A stretch of DNA of 64,000 bases from a virus, in the IMG/VR virus record IMGVR_UViG_3300035156_000175, positions 1 through 64,000 of that record; one strand, written 5' to 3'. Under the pieces are notes generated by a model, which saw only the letters and a program-made list of their open reading frames with translations, did no database searches and was not told the origin of the DNA. This document shows, piece by piece, positions 59,258 to 64,000 of the stretch. Made by a program: the position numbers and the translations under genes. Each line of letters begins with the position of its first letter. Positions within the stretch are counted from its first letter, which is position 1.

Positions 59258-62182
59258 TTAGTTTTTGAACGCATCGACGCCTAAACGCAACAGCTCTTTG
59301 GCGTCGAACATGTACACGCGCGGCATCTTCAACACATCGCCGGTGCCGACCTTGATGAACGCTGGACTGTCCTTCACCGCATGCGCAAACGCCTCGGCGC
59401 CGGGGTACAGCATCGGCAGGCCGGCGGCCTTGGCATACATGCGATACCGGGTGTATGCATTGTGAATCGAGATCTCCACCACATCGCGCCCAGGCAGCTG
59501 AGTGTAAGCGTATTCATGATTCTTGCGAATCGCGTCAGCCCGTTCAGCGTCAACGCTGTAGCTCATGGCCGAAATCTCCTTGAGCACTTTGACGTATTCC
59601 GGCGTCGTCGCGGCATGCATATCGGACAAGCGGCTGTAGATCCCGTCTTCAAGTTCGCCCATCAGCTCGTCCAGGCGGTTGTCGAACAGCGAGTTGACCA
59701 GCTTGCGGAATTGGCGGAACCCGAACTTGGCCACGGTGTGGTTGTAGACCGGGCGCTCTTTCGCATTCTGCTTGTCCTGCATCGCCTCACTGTCCAGGTC
59801 GCCCTTCAGGTCTTCCTCATTGAGCATGTACTTGTGCTGCGCCGCCTTGTACATCGTATCGAATTCCTCCATGAAGGATTCCTTCGTGTACTCGTTCAAA
59901 ATCGACGCCGCCAGGTAGTGCCCAAGGATGCCAAGCAGCGACTTGTGCCGGCGGAACGCCTGGAAGCGCGCCAAGTTCTTCAGGCCCTGCGACTGCGGCG
60001 GCCGCGCCAGGGTAACCAGCACCACGCGCTCCATCACCGCCGCTTCGTCTTCCGCCGCCTCGGCGATAAAGACCATCGGCGCGGCCAGCTGCATGAACTG
60101 CAGCATGCGGTAGTCCTCGTTCTCACGAGTGCCGCCGCCGCGCGCCACGTCGCGCTGATTGTACGCATCACGGAACAGCGCCTTGATCTGGTCATGCCGC
60201 TGCTTGAGCATCTCGTGCGGCTTGTACTCGTCCAGGATCAGCGGAATCGAAGACGACGCCTGCAGGTGCTGGCCGATCGCAAAGTTCGAGGAACCTGGCG
60301 ACAACGGACGGCTCTCATTCTCGTAATAGAACAGTGAGGAGATCGCGATCTGCATTTCGGTCTTGCCCAAGCCGGCCGGGCCGTTCACGTGCAGCAGCGG
60401 GAACTTGCCGTAGCATTTCTGAAACGGCTGCTTCCAGAAGCAGGAGGTGTACCAGCCGAGCAGCTTGCCCAGCACTTCCGGGCGCTGGCAGGTCATCAGG
60501 TTTTTCAACGTCTCTTCGAGCAGCTTCAGGTTCGCTGACTCCTTCGACCAGGTCGTCAAGGCTGGCGCCCGGACGATGTCAGTTTTGAAGACGCCGCGCG
60601 GATCGGGGTAGCCCTGGAACTTGAGCACCACGCCGGTGGCGGTGATGCGCGGCTCGGTGATGACGCCATTGTGGTCAGCCCACACCATGAACGGTTCGTG
60701 CAGCTCCGGGTTTTCGTGATGCGGGATCGACACGATGTCCAGGCCTTCGCGGATCACCGTGTAGGAGAGGTTGCCCTTCTTTTTTGCTTGCTCGACGAAG
60801 CGCATCATTACCGTCCTGACCTGGGCATCGGTACCTTGAAAGGCATGCCCGAATTTTGAAACAAAGCGATTAAACGGGACCAGCCCGGAGAACAGGTCCA
60901 GCTCTAGGACCTGGCGGCCCTGCATCACGCCGTTGACCAGAATGTCCGCGTCGTAGCCGACGATCTGGGAAAGCTCTGCGGACTTGAGCACCGCGGCATT
61001 GGCGAACGAAACGCCGCAGATCCGCTTCTTGCCATGTTCCGTGTCCATATAGACGCCGTACTTGGCAAGTGTTACACCCTTGGCCACATCCCCATACTCG
61101 TCGACGATCGTCTCATCCTCGTTGGCTGCCTCTTCGATGACCTGCACCAGGTCTTCCTTAGACACCACGATGCCGTCAAGATCCGGCGCCGAGTGGGTCA
61201 GGATCGATTTAATGGCGCCGACCGAGAACTCATAGCAGGCGTTGCCATCCATGTAGCGGTGCATGCGTCGCAGCTCTTCAGTGCGCTTGCCTTCGCTGCC
61301 GTAGCGGCTGCTGTCGCCCTGGTGCGAGGTGATGAGGCCGGAGCACTCGTCGACAAACTGCTGCTCATTCAGGCCGGCCGCCACCGCGGCGATTGCCAGC
61401 TGAGTCGACAGCTCCTGAAAGCCGGTGCCAGGCTTGATGCCGATACCGGCCATCATCATCTGCACGGTCAAGCCAGAGGCTTTCTCGCGCAGCGCCGGAT
61501 CCGGCTTGAACTTGGCCCGCTTCTTGAGCAGGTCTTCCACCTTCTGGGCGCAGCGTGAGAACTCGATCGAGAGCTTGACGCAGAACTCGGCCGGCTTGGG
61601 GTCCCAGGGGGCACGCGCCTGGGCCGAAATGCTGCGGCTGATTTCCGCTGTCATTTCACGCATCTCCGACGGGTGCAGACGCACCTTGTAGCGGCCGTTA
61701 TCGCGCTTGACGTTCGGGGTGCGCCACATGCGGCCGCGCCCGGCGGAGTAGATTTTCAAGTCCAGTGTATCGACCGCAAGGCTCAGCGCCATTTCGCGAT
61801 AGACCATCGGCAAGCCGATAAAGCCGTTCTTTGGCACCTTCTCCATGAATACCGCCTGCGGCACCTCGACGTGATAGCCGCGGCCGCCGGTGGTGTAGAT
61901 CCGGCACATCTCCAGATCAACGCCCATATCCTCCAGGCTATTGAGCAGCTGGTTGGTTTTTTCAATTACCAGGTCTTCGTCTTTGGAGTCGAAGTCGAAA
62001 TAAAGCGGGCCTGCGTAAGCCAGTTTGAGCTTGTCCTCGTAGGACAAGTCTTCGGGCATTTTCGATACCGCCAGCACCGTAATAAACACGGGCGACTTAT
62101 CGGCCTCCAGCTTATCGCGCTGGCTCGCCGGTACCGGTTCCCACTTCTCTTCGCCGCCGTTTTGTTGATAGTAGTGGAACAT
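59258..62182 (-). CDS. bifunctional AEP-type primase (prim-pol) and SF3/D5-like helicase (974 aa)
   Basis: AEP motifs YFDFDSKD and GGRGYHV. Helicase Walker A GPAGLGKT and Walker B PLILDEY. Confidence 0.85.
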   Translation of the reverse strand: MFHYYQQNGGEEKWEPVPASQRDKLEADKSPVFITVLAVSKMPEDLSYEDKLKLAYAGPLYFDFDSKDEDLVIEKTNQLLNSLEDMGVDLEMCRIYTTGGRGYHVEVPQAVFMEKVPKNGFIGLPMVYREMALSLAVDTLDLKIYSAGRGRMWRTPNVKRDNGRYKVRLHPSEMREMTAEISRSISAQARAPWDPKPAEFCVKLSIEFSRCAQKVEDLLKKRAKFKPDPALREKASGLTVQMMMAGIGIKPGTGFQELSTQLAIAAVAAGLNEQQFVDECSGLITSHQGDSSRYGSEGKRTEELRRMHRYMDGNACYEFSVGAIKSILTHSAPDLDGIVVSKEDLVQVIEEAANEDETIVDEYGDVAKGVTLAKYGVYMDTEHGKKRICGVSFANAAVLKSAELSQIVGYDADILVNGVMQGRQVLELDLFSGLVPFNRFVSKFGHAFQGTDAQVRTVMMRFVEQAKKKGNLSYTVIREGLDIVSIPHHENPELHEPFMVWADHNGVITEPRITATGVVLKFQGYPDPRGVFKTDIVRAPALTTWSKESANLKLLEETLKNLMTCQRPEVLGKLLGWYTSCFWKQPFQKCYGKFPLLHVNGPAGLGKTEMQIAISSLFYYENESRPLSPGSSNFAIGQHLQASSSIPLILDEYKPHEMLKQRHDQIKALFRDAYNQRDVARGGGTRENEDYRMLQFMQLAAPMVFIAEAAEDEAAVMERVVLVTLARPPQSQGLKNLARFQAFRRHKSLLGILGHYLAASILNEYTKESFMEEFDTMYKAAQHKYMLNEEDLKGDLDSEAMQDKQNAKERPVYNHTVAKFGFRQFRKLVNSLFDNRLDELMGELEDGIYSRLSDMHAATTPEYVKVLKEISAMSYSVDAERADAIRKNHEYAYTQLPGRDVVEISIHNAYTRYRMYAKAAGLPMLYPGAEAFAHAVKDSPAFIKVGTGDVLKMPRVYMFDAKELLRLGVDAFKN

Positions 62183-62184
62183 AA

Positions 62185-62670
62185 TTACCCCTTGAAAACG
62201 CCTGGCCAGGCTTCTTTGAAGTCCTTCATGGACGAGATATAGCGCGCGCTCTCTACCGGAATACGGTGTGCCGTACGGAACATGACGGGCAAGGTGAGGC
62301 GGCGGGCGCTGGCCGGTTCGGCGTACTGGAAGGGAGCGAAACGGGTGTCAGCGAACCCGGGAATCCAGAAGAAAATGCCAGCGATCAGCTCGCGTGGCTT
62401 GTGGCCCACGGTGTACTGACGCTCGGATTGGGAGGACTTGAGCAGGTAAATAATGCCCTCGTCCCAGGAGATACCAACTTCGCAGACCTGCAGAACATCG
62501 CAGATCTGCGGCTGGTCGTTGACCCGGTCCCAGACTACAAACTGCTTGCGATCGTGGACATAATCGCGTTGGGTGTTTTTACATGCATACCAGCTGGGGC
62601 TTTGCCCCATGTCGTGATTCAGCCACTGCATCTCGAGCTGATTCAATTGTCGTTCGGCACTACGTTCCAT
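62185..62670 (-). CDS. hypothetical protein (161 aa)
   Basis: ORF track 62185..62703 (TTG start). I prefer the ATG at 62670, preceded by GAGGAA. Confidence 0.6.
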   Translation of the reverse strand: MERSAERQLNQLEMQWLNHDMGQSPSWYACKNTQRDYVHDRKQFVVWDRVNDQPQICDVLQVCEVGISWDEGIIYLLKSSQSERQYTVGHKPRELIAGIFFWIPGFADTRFAPFQYAEPASARRLTLPVMFRTAHRIPVESARYISSMKDFKEAWPGVFKG

Positions 62671-62722
62671 TATTATTTCCTCACGGATACTGCTCTGGGA
62701 CAAGAATTCTACAACGAATTTC

Positions 62723-64000
62723 TCAGGGGAAAATTAAATTTTTCAGCGCCTGCTTGCCGCCAGATGCCTGCTGCACCAAGTTATCGTTACTGAAGAGGTT
62801 CTTCAGCAAGCTTTCCTGGATGGTGCCGCGCGCGATAAGCAGGTAGATATTCGGATTGAATTTCTGCCCTTTCCGGTCAATACGTCCGGCCGACTGCTCA
62901 AATGGAATATTCGTGGTGGGTGTTTCGATAAAGACACAGTTCCAGCACAGATGCTGCGGATTAAGGCCGGCGCCGGCTGAGCCAGGCTGTGCCACCAAGG
63001 CTACCGTCCGGTCGTCGCCCAGAAATTCAGCCACAGACTTCTTCGCATTCGCTTCGGAGTAAGCGGCAACGGCGCGCGCGCCGTCATTGCGTTGTTCAAG
63101 ATACGCGTTGACGTGGCCCAGCATGGCGGCCGAAGTCTTCTTGTACAGCGTCCACAGGATCAACTTCGATGAGACCGGCACGCCCAAGGCCGGATCAGCG
63201 GCCTGTCCCAGCGCGATCTGATCCATCAGCGCGTCGACCAGGTCATACACGCCCGAGCGTTTCGTCTCGTCGCCGGCGTAGTAGCCGTAATTGGTCACGA
63301 TCTGCTGCGCCGCATGGTGCAGACGGGAGGCGTTGGTAGCGTCAATCTTGCCGCCGTCAGGCAGTTCCAGCAGCTGCTCCTCCATGAGCTGCTTGTACAG
63401 CGCCATGTGCTCCTTGGACAGGTCGTACAGCACCGGAATGTAGCGGGCCTTGGGCAAAGCCGAATGCACCTCTTCCTTGGTGCGCTTCACGCGCGCGATG
63501 TTCAGGTTCGCCTGCAGCAAGTCCAGGTGCTGCCACTTGGTGACCTGCTTGAAAATGTTGCGCTCGGCAACGTGAATGTTCTCGAACTGGTCATAGGTGC
63601 GGTACACCTCGGGCGAGTTCAGCTTCACGTAGGCATAGCCATCTCCAGGCTTGCTCATGATGGTGCCGGACATCAGGATCAGGTTGCGGCCGGCGCTGAA
63701 GTCCCGCACGCCCTTAAATGCTTTGCCGCGCCCCTTGATGTACTGGCATTCATCGACAATAGTCAGCACGTCACGCCCAGCAAGTTCTTTGCGTAGGCGG
63801 TCGATATCGTTGAGGAAGACCTGATAGCTCATCACCAGGTAGCGAGTACCACGGACCACCAGCTTGGCGCGCTGCGCCGGCGAGCCGGTGTAACCCACCA
63901 CGCTGTCGGCGCCGGTGATCGAGCCGAGCCAGGCGACCCACTGCACAATGAGAATCGGCGGCACCAGGACCAGCGTCGTCTCCGGTTCAAGCATGAGCGA
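62723..64000 (-). CDS. SNF2/DEAD-like helicase, C-terminal part (N-terminus beyond the right window edge)
   Basis: DExx box IVDECQYIKG, LVPPILIVQW (motif Ia-like) and motif VI QSAGRIDRKGQ. The frame is still open at 64000. Confidence 0.8.
   Translation of the reverse strand, partial: SLMLEPETTLVLVPPILIVQWVAWLGSITGADSVVGYTGSPAQRAKLVVRGTRYLVMSYQVFLNDIDRLRKELAGRDVLTIVDECQYIKGRGKAFKGVRDFSAGRNLILMSGTIMSKPGDGYAYVKLNSPEVYRTYDQFENIHVAERNIFKQVTKWQHLDLLQANLNIARVKRTKEEVHSALPKARYIPVLYDLSKEHMALYKQLMEEQLLELPDGGKIDATNASRLHHAAQQIVTNYGYYAGDETKRSGVYDLVDALMDQIALGQAADPALGVPVSSKLILWTLYKKTSAAMLGHVNAYLEQRNDGARAVAAYSEANAKKSVAEFLGDDRTVALVAQPGSAGAGLNPQHLCWNCVFIETPTTNIPFEQSAGRIDRKGQKFNPNIYLLIARGTIQESLLKNLFSNDNLVQQASGGKQALKNLIFP

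Overview
The whole 64 kb window looks like one GC-rich tailed-phage genome segment. The long tape measure and lambda-like head genes suggest a siphovirus type. I saw no cellular housekeeping genes, rRNA, tRNA, CRISPR array, integrase or CI-type repressor. There are three blocks. (1) 1-10695, minus strand: about 28 small, tightly coupled early genes of unknown function, with frequent ATGA/GTGA stop-start overlaps. This block is interrupted by an HNH-like gene on the opposite strand and by several repeat-rich non-coding gaps. (2) 11217-42690, plus strand: packaging, head, tail and lysis genes. These are an HTH protein, a putative TerS, a GpA-like TerL, portal, an S49 protease/scaffold, a decoration protein, the major capsid protein, connector proteins, the tail tube, G/GT chaperones with a -1 frameshift, a 2165-aa tape measure, tail tip and fibre proteins, a pinholin, a SAR endolysin and Rz with embedded Rz1. 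Two antisense GIY-YIG homing endonuclease genes are inserted in this block, and it ends with an HTH-metallophosphoesterase gene. (3) 42825-64000, minus strand: replication, recombination and nucleotide-metabolism genes. These are Rad50/Mre11-like proteins, a PD-(D/E)XK nuclease, ThyA, an ATP-dependent ligase, family A DNA polymerase, a TraR/DksA zinc finger, dNMP kinase, MazG, a DEDDh exonuclease, an AEP primase-SF3 helicase and an SNF2 helicase cut by the window edge. The spanin pair with a lipobox implies a Gram-negative host. I found no recognisable complete novel system. The items I would look at first are: a triple 26-bp palindromic operator array inside the early operon; an AT-rich gap with five copies of TAACTGAAA, whose core recurs at gene junctions; a 570-bp ORF-free structured region after the first early gene; a three-member early paralog family; an RHH + GIY-YIG cassette; and a 351-aa orphan gene in the nucleotide-metabolism operon. 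All functional calls rest on motifs read by eye and recalled family signatures. No database search was run.
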